Below, piece by piece: positions 19,795-30,203 of a stretch of DNA of 64,000 nt. The translations under genes and the position numbers were made by a program. A model generated the notes under the pieces. The model was not told the origin of the DNA. It was given only the letters and a program-made list of their open reading frames with translations, and searched no databases. The DNA comes from Candidatus Hydrogenedentota bacterium (GTDB taxonomy: Bacteria; Hydrogenedentota; Hydrogenedentia; Hydrogenedentales; SLHB01), in contig BTWA01000022.1 of NCBI GenBank assembly GCA_045863295.1, forward strand, positions 36,366 to 100,365. The letters run 5' to 3'. Each line of letters opens with the position of its first letter. The stretch's first letter is position 1.

Positions 19795-21000
19795 CTAGAC
19801 CTGCGGACGCCAGTGGGCCCACATCGCGCCGGATCCTGTGGGTACCCGCGTTAATGCGCTGGCATCCCCGCCGTCCGCCGGCATAATATAGAGCTGACGC
19901 GTTCCGCTGAAATCGGAACCAAACACCAGATGCTCTCCGTCGGGCGTTGGCTTTGGGTGGTAATGGGTGGCCTTGCCACCCGCATGAGTCAATTGCCGGG
20001 GTTCTCCGTCGACGGCCATGTGAAATAGCTCGACGGCCTCATCCACCTTGGCCGTATAGTAGATACCGTGCCCCGCCGCATCCCACACGGGAACGTCGCT
20101 GCTGCCCCCATGAAAATCGTACACGTCGTATACCGTCGTCACTCCAGTGTACCCACCTCTATCCGCCAACTTGCGCAAGCCAGTACCGTCGACATTCACT
20201 ACATGCGGATGGCAATTGTAGTGCTCACCGGATACGAACAAGATCATTGCACCGTCGGGTGACCATTGCGGCACAAAATTGAACGGATTTCCTGTCTCAA
20301 CAAGGCGCGGATTGGATCCATCCGCTTCGGCAATATAAATCTGATAGTCCTTGTGATACGCAACCTTGCCACCATCCGGCGATGCACTGAACCCGTACGC
20401 AAATCCGTCCTTGCCTTGATTCAGATCCACCTTGTTCTTGCCGTCCAAATCCATGATGAACGGATGGGAAACACCGTTTATGAGCGCCGTAAATCCAAGC
20501 TTCTTTCCATCCGGCAGGAAGAATACGCCTCCGTTATACGCGCTGACCCGCTCGACCTCCGTGATATTTGTCAGGCCACCTGCTTCGATATCGAGAAAGT
20601 AGATATCAAACAGCCAGCCCTCCGTCATGCGAAACGTCTTGTTCGCCTCTTCCCAAGCCGCATTCTCCGGGCTTTCCCATCCGCGCCCGATGATGGCAAT
20701 GCGGCCATCCGGGGACCAGCCCGCAAATTGCGTCCAACTATTCGGCTCTGCAGTCAGCTCTTCCACAAGCATCCGTCGGCCCGTGCCATCGGCGCCTACG
20801 ATACATGCCCGGCTCGTTACTTGATTGTCGAATCGCGTGGGAAGATTCGTACGGTATTCTGTATAACCAACAAGCGACGTGCGATTGAATCGTCGTCCGG
20901 GCGACACATGGGCGCACCCCGACGCCAATACCACACCGAGAAACCCCCGGCGGGAAATCCCCGGCGAGGTGGTATCAGTGTCACCCTTTGCGTTTTTCAA
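19795..21000 (-). CDS. Tat-exported TolB-like/PD40 beta-propeller protein
   Basis: SRRGFLG signal with lipobox-like LASGC; repeated WSPDG/ASPDG/PTPDG blades. Confidence 0.8.
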   Translation of the reverse strand: MKNAKGDTDTTSPGISRRGFLGVVLASGCAHVSPGRRFNRTSLVGYTEYRTNLPTRFDNQVTSRACIVGADGTGRRMLVEELTAEPNSWTQFAGWSPDGRIAIIGRGWESPENAAWEEANKTFRMTEGWLFDIYFLDIEAGGLTNITEVERVSAYNGGVFFLPDGKKLGFTALINGVSHPFIMDLDGKNKVDLNQGKDGFAYGFSASPDGGKVAYHKDYQIYIAEADGSNPRLVETGNPFNFVPQWSPDGAMILFVSGEHYNCHPHVVNVDGTGLRKLADRGGYTGVTTVYDVYDFHGGSSDVPVWDAAGHGIYYTAKVDEAVELFHMAVDGEPRQLTHAGGKATHYHPKPTPDGEHLVFGSDFSGTRQLYIMPADGGDASALTRVPTGSGAMWAHWRPQV

Positions 21001-21035
21001 GATCAGCCTCCTGCCTCTGGCGCGTTTCTGACCTG

Positions 21036-21992
21036 TCAGCCAATCGGGGTGAATTTCTGCACGCGCTTACCCAGAATATCACTGAGATACACATTTCCCT
21101 TGGAATCCAGTGCGATTCCGTGAACCACATTCAGTTCGCCGTCCTTCTCCTGCCCTTCCTTGCACCGCGCGAACCCAAACATCTGCAGCACGCGCCCTGC
21201 CGGATTGAACTTCATGATTAGATGATCGCGAGGATCCGTGCCATGCATGCCATCCGGCCGATCTGGATCCTGAAGCCAGGGAACTGGTGTCGATCCGCAC
21301 GTCCAAATCTCGTCGCTGCCTGAAATCCAGAGACCCCAGGGCACCAACACGTCCCGCCATGAATCGACCAGTTCACCGTCCATGGTATAGATTTGAACAC
21401 GCGAATTGTTGCGATCGGCAATGTAAAGCCGATCCGTTGAATCAATGACAATCGCATGCGGCGAACTAAACTGCGTCGCGCCGGCTCCCAAGGTGCCCCA
21501 CGCCTTCACAAACGTACCGCTGGCCGTGAAATGCACAATGCGCGCGTTTCCATATCCGTCGGTAACAAAAATATCCCCGTTCGATGCAAATGCGACATCC
21601 GTCGGCTTATAGAAATGCGACTCATCCTCGCCCGGCTCGCCTTCGGTTCCCAACGTCATCAATAGCGCGCCATCGCGCGTATGCTTTTGCACCACATGAG
21701 AATTGATGTCGGTCGTCCAAATACATCCATCCCGATCGATTCGCAAATAGTGCGAACCTTCAGTGCTTCCCCAGCCAAACAGGTAGTCGCCAGCGGGCGA
21801 AAACACCTGCACCGCCGGATTGCCTCGTGTAAATACCCACACGTTGTCGTCCGAATCCACCGCCAATCCCGGTATGCCTGTCCACTTCTCCGGTACGGGC
21901 CGCTTGGGCCAACTCCCATCCACTTCAAACCAACGGCACGGTTTCACTTCCACGTTCTCCCGATCGGTTGCGTCCTGATTAAGAGTATCCAA
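21036..21992 (-). CDS. NHL-repeat protein, peptidyl-alpha-hydroxyglycine alpha-amidating lyase-like
   Basis: GLAVDSDDNVWV, FYKPTDVAF, DGYGNARI, QFSSPHAI, VHGIALDSKGNVY. Confidence 0.85.
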   Translation of the reverse strand: MDTLNQDATDRENVEVKPCRWFEVDGSWPKRPVPEKWTGIPGLAVDSDDNVWVFTRGNPAVQVFSPAGDYLFGWGSTEGSHYLRIDRDGCIWTTDINSHVVQKHTRDGALLMTLGTEGEPGEDESHFYKPTDVAFASNGDIFVTDGYGNARIVHFTASGTFVKAWGTLGAGATQFSSPHAIVIDSTDRLYIADRNNSRVQIYTMDGELVDSWRDVLVPWGLWISGSDEIWTCGSTPVPWLQDPDRPDGMHGTDPRDHLIMKFNPAGRVLQMFGFARCKEGQEKDGELNVVHGIALDSKGNVYLSDILGKRVQKFTPIG

Positions 21993-22088
21993 TCGACATC
22001 AGCGCCTTCCAGCAATCGATCAATGTCACCCTTTTTGTCCCCCAAGTGTCTATTATGTCGAATGAGACGCAATCAGGAGGCTGGACCG

Positions 22089-24941
22089 GTGAATCAACCG
22101 GCGGAACATACGGAACTCGTGGAAAAGGCCTTCCGGGGCGATTCACAGGCGTTTGCCCGCCTCGCCGAAGATCACTACCGTACCGCATACGCGGTGGCCT
22201 TCAGCATGGTAGGCCAATGGAGCGCCGCGCAGGATATCGCCCAGGAGACATTCTTGCTCGCGTGGTCGCACCGGGAATCCCTGCGCAACGCGCTCGCATT
22301 CGCCGGCTGGATACGCCGCATCGCAACAAATGTATCCAAAAACTGGTTGCGCTCCGCATCCTATCGCAAGCGAATGGCGGAACACTACGCGAAAGCCGCT
22401 CCGGATTCTGCAACCCAAGGCGATCAACCTGACGCGCGTACGGACGAATCCATCCGGCGCGCGACCGTATGGGCGGCCCTGGAAACGCTGTCACCCGGAC
22501 TACGCCAGGCGGTTGTCCTTTACTACCTGCACGGCGAAGCCATTCGAGATGTTGCCTCGGCACTGAATATCACGGAGAACGCCGCGAAGAAGCGACTGCA
22601 ACATGCGCGCGAAAAACTCCGTGCGCATTTCGATGAACAGTGGAAGTCGGAAATGAAACGCGCGGCGGACGAAACGCGTATTTCCTCCCGCGAAAGTCGA
22701 TTTCTATCTCTGTTGGCGTTGGGGCCTGCCGCGCCCGAACTGGCACAATCGGCGGCCGCGACGGGCATCGGGCTGGCCATCGAAACCGCAATGAAGAGCG
22801 GAATCGCACACAACATCCTGTTGGGGAGCGCAACCATGACCGCAAAGAAGGCCACGCTAGTTGGAATTGCCTGCGCATCGATCGCGGCAAGTACTTATTG
22901 GGCCACGCACAGATCGTCACAAGATGCAGGACCGGCTGTACCTCCCTCAAAAGCGGAGGACACCGTGCAATTGGCCCACGCTGGACAAGACCAGCACGGA
23001 ATTGACTCCGAATCGCCAACTCCTCCGGCAGAAGCAACACCGGCCAAACCCGCAGCCGTGGAGATTAGTCCGGATGTCCCGCAGGAAGACGAGATCGTTC
23101 CCAAGGAAATACCCAACCCCGCCGACTATGCATGGGTGGAAGGAATCGTCGTTGACAAAGACAATCGGCCCATCGCAGGTGCCGGCGTCACCGTTGCCGC
23201 GTTGGGACTGGAATTGCCGAAAGAGCTGCAGGGGCCCTTGCCGGCCGACCCCCAAGTCCGGCGGCAGGCGGAACGATTTCGAGAAGCATACGAACGGTTT
23301 TTGCGAAACCCTTTGCAGTACTGGTCGGGTACATCCGACGTTCAAGGCAGGTTCCGGATCGAGGGCATCCGATATCAGGGGCTCGGGATTGTTTCCGCAA
23401 TGGCCGACACATATTCCAGCGAGATTCGGACAGTGCAGATTCTTCCCGCTGCTGCACCCGAATTCGTTAAACTGACGCTTCACGACGGCTTGACGGTCCG
23501 AGGCCACGTCCTCAGTTCAACCGGCTCCAATGTGACGGATGCCTCTATCGTGGTGGGCGGATTCCTATCCGAAACTGAGGGCTCCAGCGGAAGTATTGGC
23601 ACGGCTGTCTTCACAGGCCCACACGGCGAATTCCAGTTGGCGCTCCAAGGTCCCGGACTCCTGACGCTCCTATGTGACAGCCCTACCTTTGGTGTCGCCA
23701 CGTTTGCAAACATTGCCCTCGAACCGGAAAAGGAATTAACACTTCAATACGCCTCGCCGGCCTCCATAGCAGGCCTTGTAACCGATCAGAACAATGTCCC
23801 CGTTGCGTCGGCCAATGTAGAATTGACCGGACAAATCGTGACCCGCTCCGGTTCGGGAATGTCGTCCCGGTCCGGCCAGATGCTTACCACAACAACCGAT
23901 GCCAATGGGCGGTTTCTGTTTGAATCGGTGGATCCGGCCCAGGAATATGCCAGCCGCGTCTTTGCTCCTGGTGGCGAGCAATTGGCGCAAGGCCCACCTG
24001 TGCGCGACCTGAAGCCGGGAACGCAGAGGGAATTAAACATTAAATGTCAAAATACCATGAAGATTACCGGCCATGTCACCGGTGAATCGTCCGGAAAACC
24101 GCTTGCCAATGTTCACATCATGGCAATGCCAGAAATCATGTTTACGTCGCCGCCTCCAAACGGACAAATTCAGCCGCTCAGCACAATCAGCGGCAATGAC
24201 GGTGAATACGAATTTACCATCACGGGAGATCCCGGCGCGTACGGTGTCATGATACTCGCAGGCGCCTACGGGCTCTCCGGCGGATATGGAGGCTCTGGAA
24301 CACCGCCGCATGTCACCGTCGAACTGGATCACGGCGAACATAAGAAATTGGACCTGAAAGCACCCGATCCCATGGAACGAGCCTTTCTCGTCGTCGATAC
24401 GGAGGGCAATCCGGTTGGCCAGGCAAGTACCAGCATCAATGTTCGCTTTCCGAATGGCGGAGGCTCGGGCAGCGGTGTTCCCGATCATAGCGGCGACGAC
24501 GGGCGCGTCGTCATTCGCGGTATCGTGCCGGACGCCGAAACGTGGATTACATTTCGAAAGGACGGATTTGTCGATAGCAAAAGCGCTGTTGTCGTCATGG
24601 AACCCGGGCAGTCCATGGCGGAGGAAACGGTGATCATGCACGCAAAAACAGGCGTTGAGTTTACCGTGACCGGCCCCGACGGAACGGCGCTGGCCAATAT
24701 CCCAGTGACACTTGTGCCCGCAACCGAATCCCGGACATTCGATACTTCGAAAGCACGTTCAGACGCGAATGGACTTGTGACTGTCCTGGAGGAGATACCG
24801 TCGGGAGTGGTCGCCCTGAACATTTACGCAACCACCAATTCGGACAATGGTACCACGAACATGACAGCGGTCATCCCGTCGGTCGCACTCACTCCTCACG
24901 CGATCAACTCGCTGGGATCAGTCAAATTGCGAATCGAATGA
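22089..24941 (+). CDS. ECF sigma-70 factor fused through a TM helix to a large extracytoplasmic carboxypeptidase-regulatory-like repeat region
   Basis: GTG at 22089 after AGGAGG; sigma2 AQDIAQETFL..W, FAGWIRRIATN; sigma4 LYYLHG..IRDVASAL..NAAKKRL; TM KKATLVGIACASIAASTYW; repeated G.V.D..G.P..GA.V beta-sandwich motifs. Confidence 0.88.
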   Translation: MNQPAEHTELVEKAFRGDSQAFARLAEDHYRTAYAVAFSMVGQWSAAQDIAQETFLLAWSHRESLRNALAFAGWIRRIATNVSKNWLRSASYRKRMAEHYAKAAPDSATQGDQPDARTDESIRRATVWAALETLSPGLRQAVVLYYLHGEAIRDVASALNITENAAKKRLQHAREKLRAHFDEQWKSEMKRAADETRISSRESRFLSLLALGPAAPELAQSAAATGIGLAIETAMKSGIAHNILLGSATMTAKKATLVGIACASIAASTYWATHRSSQDAGPAVPPSKAEDTVQLAHAGQDQHGIDSESPTPPAEATPAKPAAVEISPDVPQEDEIVPKEIPNPADYAWVEGIVVDKDNRPIAGAGVTVAALGLELPKELQGPLPADPQVRRQAERFREAYERFLRNPLQYWSGTSDVQGRFRIEGIRYQGLGIVSAMADTYSSEIRTVQILPAAAPEFVKLTLHDGLTVRGHVLSSTGSNVTDASIVVGGFLSETEGSSGSIGTAVFTGPHGEFQLALQGPGLLTLLCDSPTFGVATFANIALEPEKELTLQYASPASIAGLVTDQNNVPVASANVELTGQIVTRSGSGMSSRSGQMLTTTTDANGRFLFESVDPAQEYASRVFAPGGEQLAQGPPVRDLKPGTQRELNIKCQNTMKITGHVTGESSGKPLANVHIMAMPEIMFTSPPPNGQIQPLSTISGNDGEYEFTITGDPGAYGVMILAGAYGLSGGYGGSGTPPHVTVELDHGEHKKLDLKAPDPMERAFLVVDTEGNPVGQASTSINVRFPNGGGSGSGVPDHSGDDGRVVIRGIVPDAETWITFRKDGFVDSKSAVVVMEPGQSMAEETVIMHAKTGVEFTVTGPDGTALANIPVTLVPATESRTFDTSKARSDANGLVTVLEEIPSGVVALNIYATTNSDNGTTNMTAVIPSVALTPHAINSLGSVKLRIE

Positions 24942-25034
24942 TATGGAATTCGGCTTGCCCCAAGCTCTATGATGACAAGACCCGGTGTGCCGGACGGTGC
25001 CACGATCCTTTTGATACGACTTGGGAGCCTTACC

Positions 25035-25796
25035 GTGAACATTCGCAAATTCGCGTTACTACTAGCCGCGTTCGCTACAACTGGAGGCGCATTCGCAATC
25101 GCCCAGGAGGAAGCCCAGTGGCAATCGCTGTTCGACGGTTCTACCCTGAATGGCTGGAAACAGCTCAATGGCACAGCCACGTATACGGTTGAAGATGGCG
25201 CCATTGTAGGCACCACGTCTCCCGGCTCCCCCAACAGCTTCCTGTGTACTGAAAAAGACTATGGCGACTTTGTATTGGAACTCGAATTCCTGGTTGATGA
25301 GGCCCTGAATTCCGGTGTACAGATTCGCAGCCAGAGCCTGCCCGATTACAAGGAAGGCCGCGTACACGGATATCAAGTGGAAATCGATCCGAACCAGACC
25401 AAGCCTCACGAGAAAGAACCCGCGAACGAACGGGCCAATGGCGAAAAGATTCCGCTGGGCACGGAACCCCGCTGCTGGACCGGCGGTATCTACGACGAAT
25501 CTCGCCGCGGCTGGCTCAATGACCTCACGAAGAACGAACCCGCTCGAAAGGCATTCAAGCCGGGAGAATGGAATCACTTCCGGATCGAAGCCAAAGGGGA
25601 TTCGATCAAGACATTTCTGAATAGCGTGCCTGCGGCGGACCTCAAGGACGACATGACGCTGAAAGGCTTTATCGGCCTGCAGGTGCATTCCTCCAGCAGT
25701 GAAACGCCGCTTCACGTGCGGTGGAAAAACATCCGCATTCAAGTCCTGGACACGCCGGAAGGCGATGCGCCGAAGCCAGCAAAACGCGAGAAATAG
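25035..25796 (+). CDS. DUF1080 (3-keto-disaccharide hydrolase-like) secreted protein
   Basis: WQSLFDGSTLNGW, NSGVQIRS, GYQVEID, GEWNHFRI, GFIGLQVH. Confidence 0.9.
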   Translation: MNIRKFALLLAAFATTGGAFAIAQEEAQWQSLFDGSTLNGWKQLNGTATYTVEDGAIVGTTSPGSPNSFLCTEKDYGDFVLELEFLVDEALNSGVQIRSQSLPDYKEGRVHGYQVEIDPNQTKPHEKEPANERANGEKIPLGTEPRCWTGGIYDESRRGWLNDLTKNEPARKAFKPGEWNHFRIEAKGDSIKTFLNSVPAADLKDDMTLKGFIGLQVHSSSSETPLHVRWKNIRIQVLDTPEGDAPKPAKREK

Positions 25797-25798
25797 AC

Positions 25799-25981
25799 TC
25801 AATCGCGCGCGCCCTCGGCATGAAAATCCACGACCGTGTGGTTCGCCACGCGAAAAGAGACTTGTATCGGATTGCAGCAGACCTCGCAATCCTCGATGTA
25901 CCACTGCGTACGAGCGCTCAAATCCAGCAACATGGAAACGCGCTGCCAACAATAGGGGCAAGTAAAGAAGTATTCTTCCAC
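25799..25981 (-). CDS. CPXCG-motif cysteine-rich small protein
   Basis: CPYCW...YIEDCEVCCNPI; coupled to the upstream gene. Confidence 0.85.
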   Translation of the reverse strand: MEEYFFTCPYCWQRVSMLLDLSARTQWYIEDCEVCCNPIQVSFRVANHTVVDFHAEGARD

Positions 25982-27261
25982 TATTCGTTGGAATCCTCTT
26001 CCGCATCCATGCGAAAACGCACGAGATACATTTGCCGTGTGCCGTCATCAGACACCCCAGGCACTAGAAACGCATCGCCTCTCCGGTTCCAATTCGGCGA
26101 CGGATCGATGCGAAGGTCCCCGCTGTCCCGCCCGCCATCGCTAAACACAGACGAAGTCGCGCTGACACCGTCCTCGATTCGATACAGCGTGTACCGATTG
26201 CCGTCGACGCTTCGAAATCCATTCACGAACCACCGCCCATCCGGTGACAATGCAATGTCGCCTTCGGGATTCGCGAAAGTGTCCGGAAGCCCAAGGTATC
26301 CCGACACCGTCCTCCGGCTCGTATCGTAGATGGCTTGGCGCTTTTCCTCACGGCCAATGATTCGAACGCCGTCGAGCCATTCTGGATGCCCGCCGATAAG
26401 CTTGTGCGTTGTCAATTCACTTCCATCAGGCCGAAAGGTGATGGGCACATTGATCTGTTTGCCGCGCTCCACGGACCCATCCCATCCCCCTCGCACAAAC
26501 GCGTAAACGCGCGAGTCGTCGCGGCTCCATAGCGTATGATTGATAAAAAGCGGAATCTCGTCCACGTCCGGCCGCTTGTCTCGTATCAGGTCTGCGAGCG
26601 ACTTGTACGATACGACCAGCGCTTTTTCACCGGTTTCGATGTTAACCCTGAATATGCCATCGTCCGCAGGATGCGCGACGTCTCGGGTCCAATCGAACGA
26701 TTCCGGATATCCCGTCACAGGGCGCAGACGCGCAAGACGCCCGTAGTTGATGGCCATAAACCAATGACCCTGCTGCGCGACACCGCTATTGCCCACGGGC
26801 GCATCGTCAAACCGATACTCCTTTACGCGCCTCCCAGGCAGCCCGCCCGAAATGTCATACAAAACGGTGAATACCTTTCCGGACTCTGCATCGCGGTCAT
26901 TGAAAAAAAACTGCGAATCCGGCTGTTGCGGGTTCCAATAAAACATGGTGCCCTGCTGTGGATTCCAGGCTCTCGTCTCGTCTATCCGGTTTGGGGTATA
27001 GCCATCGTCAACATCCAACAACACGATTTGCGCCGCATCGTCGGCGCCGGGCATGCGATCGATAGTCTCAATCTCCAACGCCAGAATAAAACGGCCGCTC
27101 TCGTTCCAGGGTATGTTTTGAACATGACCAATGTATCCGAAGAAATGATGCTTGGGCCCGCGCGTGATCTGCTCCGTCTCGAAGGAAATCGGCTCGCTGT
27201 GTCCAAAGGAAATGGAACAAGTCAGGATACACACCCAGAATAGGCACAAAAGTGTCTTCAT
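25981..27261 (-). CDS. Secreted beta-propeller hypothetical protein (oligogalacturonate-lyase/TolB-like)
   Basis: Signal peptide MKTLL..; HHFFGY, AWNPQQGTMFYW, NYGRLARLRPVTGY, LRIDPSPNW. Confidence 0.7.
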   Translation of the reverse strand: MKTLLCLFWVCILTCSISFGHSEPISFETEQITRGPKHHFFGYIGHVQNIPWNESGRFILALEIETIDRMPGADDAAQIVLLDVDDGYTPNRIDETRAWNPQQGTMFYWNPQQPDSQFFFNDRDAESGKVFTVLYDISGGLPGRRVKEYRFDDAPVGNSGVAQQGHWFMAINYGRLARLRPVTGYPESFDWTRDVAHPADDGIFRVNIETGEKALVVSYKSLADLIRDKRPDVDEIPLFINHTLWSRDDSRVYAFVRGGWDGSVERGKQINVPITFRPDGSELTTHKLIGGHPEWLDGVRIIGREEKRQAIYDTSRRTVSGYLGLPDTFANPEGDIALSPDGRWFVNGFRSVDGNRYTLYRIEDGVSATSSVFSDGGRDSGDLRIDPSPNWNRRGDAFLVPGVSDDGTRQMYLVRFRMDAEEDSNE

Positions 27262-27318
27262 TCGCCAATCTCCATCCATCAACGTCGCTCAAACCACAAT
27301 CTACAGTACGGCAATACG

Positions 27319-29100
27319 CTAAGGCAGCACCGGATCAAACCTCACGGTCACCTCGACTGCAGCGCCACTTAATCCTGCCGTGCGAATCACGAGACGTCTG
27401 ACTCCGGCATTTGCTCGTTCCGGCGCAGGCCGCTCGGCCGACTCAACGCTAAACGCCGGACCCTCGGGCGACACTATCCGCGCGCGCAACCGTTTGCCAT
27501 CCAGAGAGAGCATCGCCTCGGTCCCGTTAACGGTAATCTCCGCATCGGTCGTCATTCCCCACACGATATCGCAGGGAGTCTCGATCTCGAATCGATCGTT
27601 CACCACCACGGCACGGCGATTCTCAGTCAATCTAATCTCCCGCGTCACCGACTTCGCATGAGCGCGATACGCTTCGGACAAATCGAGGACCGCACTCGCC
27701 TCGTCAGGTTGCGCAGAAAACGAGACAACTTTCGCCGTCGCGTTGGCATCCTGATCCTCTCCATCAATGGTAACCACATTGTGGCTCTGGGAATTCAACC
27801 GGTAGTACTTCCATCGTTCGCCGCCCGCCTTCTTGTCCCAATAGCCAGGCAAATTGTAATCGTCCGATCCCAAATCACGCGCCCAACGCACGCCCAATGC
27901 ATCCAACTCAAAATTGCCAAGATCAAGATGCCCATGATTCACCTGATTGTAGCCGCCCTTTACCCCCACAAAGATCGCGTTCGGATCGTCCCACGCACTT
28001 CGCATGACAATGACATCCACGGGACTGCGAAAGTGCGTGTCCAGGGGACGCTCCACCTCCCCATCGGTCGGCGGCACATACCACACCACATGCTCCGGCG
28101 CCGCCGTATCCTCCTTGAGCACCGCGTGCTCGGCATTGGATATCGCTGGATTCTGAAAGTGCCCGGCCAACCAGAACATGCACGCCATCGGCTTGCGGCG
28201 ACTGCGTTCGCCACTGTCCGCATAGTTCAGATATAAGCCCGTCGGCCCGGCTGTGTAGTTCGGAAACAGGCCCGTGGCGCGCAGGCCTCCCCTATCGGAC
28301 AACCCAAAATCGGAACCCAGCGCCGTCTGCATCGCGTTGAGACCGTACGCCGTGTAGCGAGTCGCATAGTTCCAATACGAGGGCCCCTCCATCCATGCGC
28401 CGTCCGGATCGTAAGAAGCCAGTGCTATAGGCAGCGAAGCGACCGCCTTCGGGATGATATACCGCGCGTACTCCGGATCGGTCTCGGCGATAGCCAAGGC
28501 CCCCACGATCAACCCGCCATTGCACACGTTGTTCCAATTAAACTCGGACTTGGTCCACCAATTCTGCTTCTCGTAAATCGAAATGCCCGGCTTCAACCCT
28601 TTCTCGATAATCGCGGTCTTGATGGCCGCCTTCGAATCCTCGCTCAACCAGTCAAACAGCCAGTCATACCCTGTCGCCGCGGCATTCGTCATTTCCGCCA
28701 CATCCAGAAAGTGGGACGGATTCCAGTCGGGAAAGGCGGACACGGTCAGCAGGGTCGACTCCGCCGCCTTGGCATACTTCTCATCGCCGGTCCAGCGCCA
28801 CGCAAGCGCAAGCGCATACACCCGCTTCAGGCAATCCCGGCTCACGCCTAACAGCCGCGGCCCCACCAGCTTGTGCTCCAGCGGCGCCAGACCCAGGCAT
28901 TCGTCCGCGAGCGCAATCGAATCGTGCACATACCGTTGCAGGACAAGATCGGTCTCGGCCATCGATTTCAATTCCGTTAGCCGCTCCGAGGTCAACTGCA
29001 AACGCGGATGTGAATCCCGCAGCCGTTCCAACACGTAGTCGCCGTCCGTTTCCGCGGTTGAAGTGCCCACGAGCAACAGCGCCGCCAATAGCATTCTCAT
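27319..29100 (-). CDS. Heparinase II/III-like polysaccharide lyase (DUF4962 plus Hepar_II_III)
   Basis: HPRL, DWNPSHFLDVAEM, NWNNVCNGG, EGPSYWNY, HGHLDLGNF, SHNVVTIDG. Confidence 0.88.
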   Translation of the reverse strand: MRMLLAALLLVGTSTAETDGDYVLERLRDSHPRLQLTSERLTELKSMAETDLVLQRYVHDSIALADECLGLAPLEHKLVGPRLLGVSRDCLKRVYALALAWRWTGDEKYAKAAESTLLTVSAFPDWNPSHFLDVAEMTNAAATGYDWLFDWLSEDSKAAIKTAIIEKGLKPGISIYEKQNWWTKSEFNWNNVCNGGLIVGALAIAETDPEYARYIIPKAVASLPIALASYDPDGAWMEGPSYWNYATRYTAYGLNAMQTALGSDFGLSDRGGLRATGLFPNYTAGPTGLYLNYADSGERSRRKPMACMFWLAGHFQNPAISNAEHAVLKEDTAAPEHVVWYVPPTDGEVERPLDTHFRSPVDVIVMRSAWDDPNAIFVGVKGGYNQVNHGHLDLGNFELDALGVRWARDLGSDDYNLPGYWDKKAGGERWKYYRLNSQSHNVVTIDGEDQDANATAKVVSFSAQPDEASAVLDLSEAYRAHAKSVTREIRLTENRRAVVVNDRFEIETPCDIVWGMTTDAEITVNGTEAMLSLDGKRLRARIVSPEGPAFSVESAERPAPERANAGVRRLVIRTAGLSGAAVEVTVRFDPVLP

Positions 29101-29284
29101 ACCATTCTCCCAAATGCATCCCTTGTGCTTCTCGCATCATAGCACCCCCTGAAGTGAAATTGCCTTTGGACCGCCGTTCACTTTTGGACGTTGGATCGCA
29201 CCTATGTTTGAATGTCTTGATCCGCCCTGAATTGTGGCGTACCCTACCGGCGAGGCGTGCAATCCACAGCAAAAGGAAGTTGCA

Positions 29285-30169
29285 ATGAACAGGCGTGAAT
29301 TCTTCATGACAACCGCAATGGCTGCTGCTGCCGTCGGCATCGCCCAATCGGCGGCCGCCGCACCCAAGCGCAACATTCAAAAATCACTCAAGTTCGGCAT
29401 GGTCAAAGGCGAGGACGCCAATGGCAATCCGCTCTCTATCGAGCAGCGGCTGCAAATCGCCATCAACGCGGGTTTCGAATGCGTCGAACCCGGCACCATC
29501 ACCGACCAAGCCGAAGTCGACCAGTTCAAAGCCGCTCTCGACAAACTCGAAATCAAACTCGATGCCATCGTCTGCGGCGCCCATTGGAGTTCTCCCCTCT
29601 CCGACGCCGATACCGCTGTCTACGAAAAAACCATGGAGAGCATGCGCCAGAGCTTCAAAAACGTGAAAGACCTCGGCGGCGACATGGTCCTGCTCGTGCC
29701 CGCCGTCGTGAACCCCGGCACCATGTACCGCGATGCGTGGACCCGCTCGGTCGAGCGCACAAAGATCCTGGCCGAGGAAGCGGAAAAACTGAACATCACC
29801 ATCGGCATCGAAAACGTCTGGAACAAATTCCTTCTCAGCCCCCTCGAAGCCAAGCATTACATCGAAGAAATCGGCAGCGACAAAGTACGCATGTGGTTCG
29901 ACGTCGGCAACGTCGTCCTCTTTGGCTATCCGCAGGATTGGATCCGCACCCTCGGCCCGCTCATCGCCCGCGTGGATGTAAAGGACTTCAAGTCCGAAAC
30001 CAAGGAATTCGTGCCGCTCCTGGAAGGCTCGGTCGATTGGCCCGAAGTCATGAAAGCCTTTGACGAAATCGGCTACCAAGGCATTATGGCCGCCGAAGTT
30101 AAAGGCGGCGACGAAGCCTACCTCACCGAGATTGTCTCCCAACGCATGGATAAGTTCATCGCGATGTAA
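29285..30169 (+). CDS. Tat-exported sugar phosphate isomerase/epimerase (AP-endonuclease-2 TIM barrel)
   Basis: MNRREFF signal, IENVWNKFLLSP, FDVGNV, VKDF. Confidence 0.9.
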   Translation: MNRREFFMTTAMAAAAVGIAQSAAAAPKRNIQKSLKFGMVKGEDANGNPLSIEQRLQIAINAGFECVEPGTITDQAEVDQFKAALDKLEIKLDAIVCGAHWSSPLSDADTAVYEKTMESMRQSFKNVKDLGGDMVLLVPAVVNPGTMYRDAWTRSVERTKILAEEAEKLNITIGIENVWNKFLLSPLEAKHYIEEIGSDKVRMWFDVGNVVLFGYPQDWIRTLGPLIARVDVKDFKSETKEFVPLLEGSVDWPEVMKAFDEIGYQGIMAAEVKGGDEAYLTEIVSQRMDKFIAM

Positions 30170-30203
30170 CCGGACAGAAGAAACCCTGCAAAAAATAGAG
30201 CGT

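Noticed and set aside
21681..22088. N-terminal 136 aa of the 1086-aa ORF
   Set aside because: Overlaps the divergent NHL gene; AGGAGG RBS and the sigma2 domain support a start at 22089
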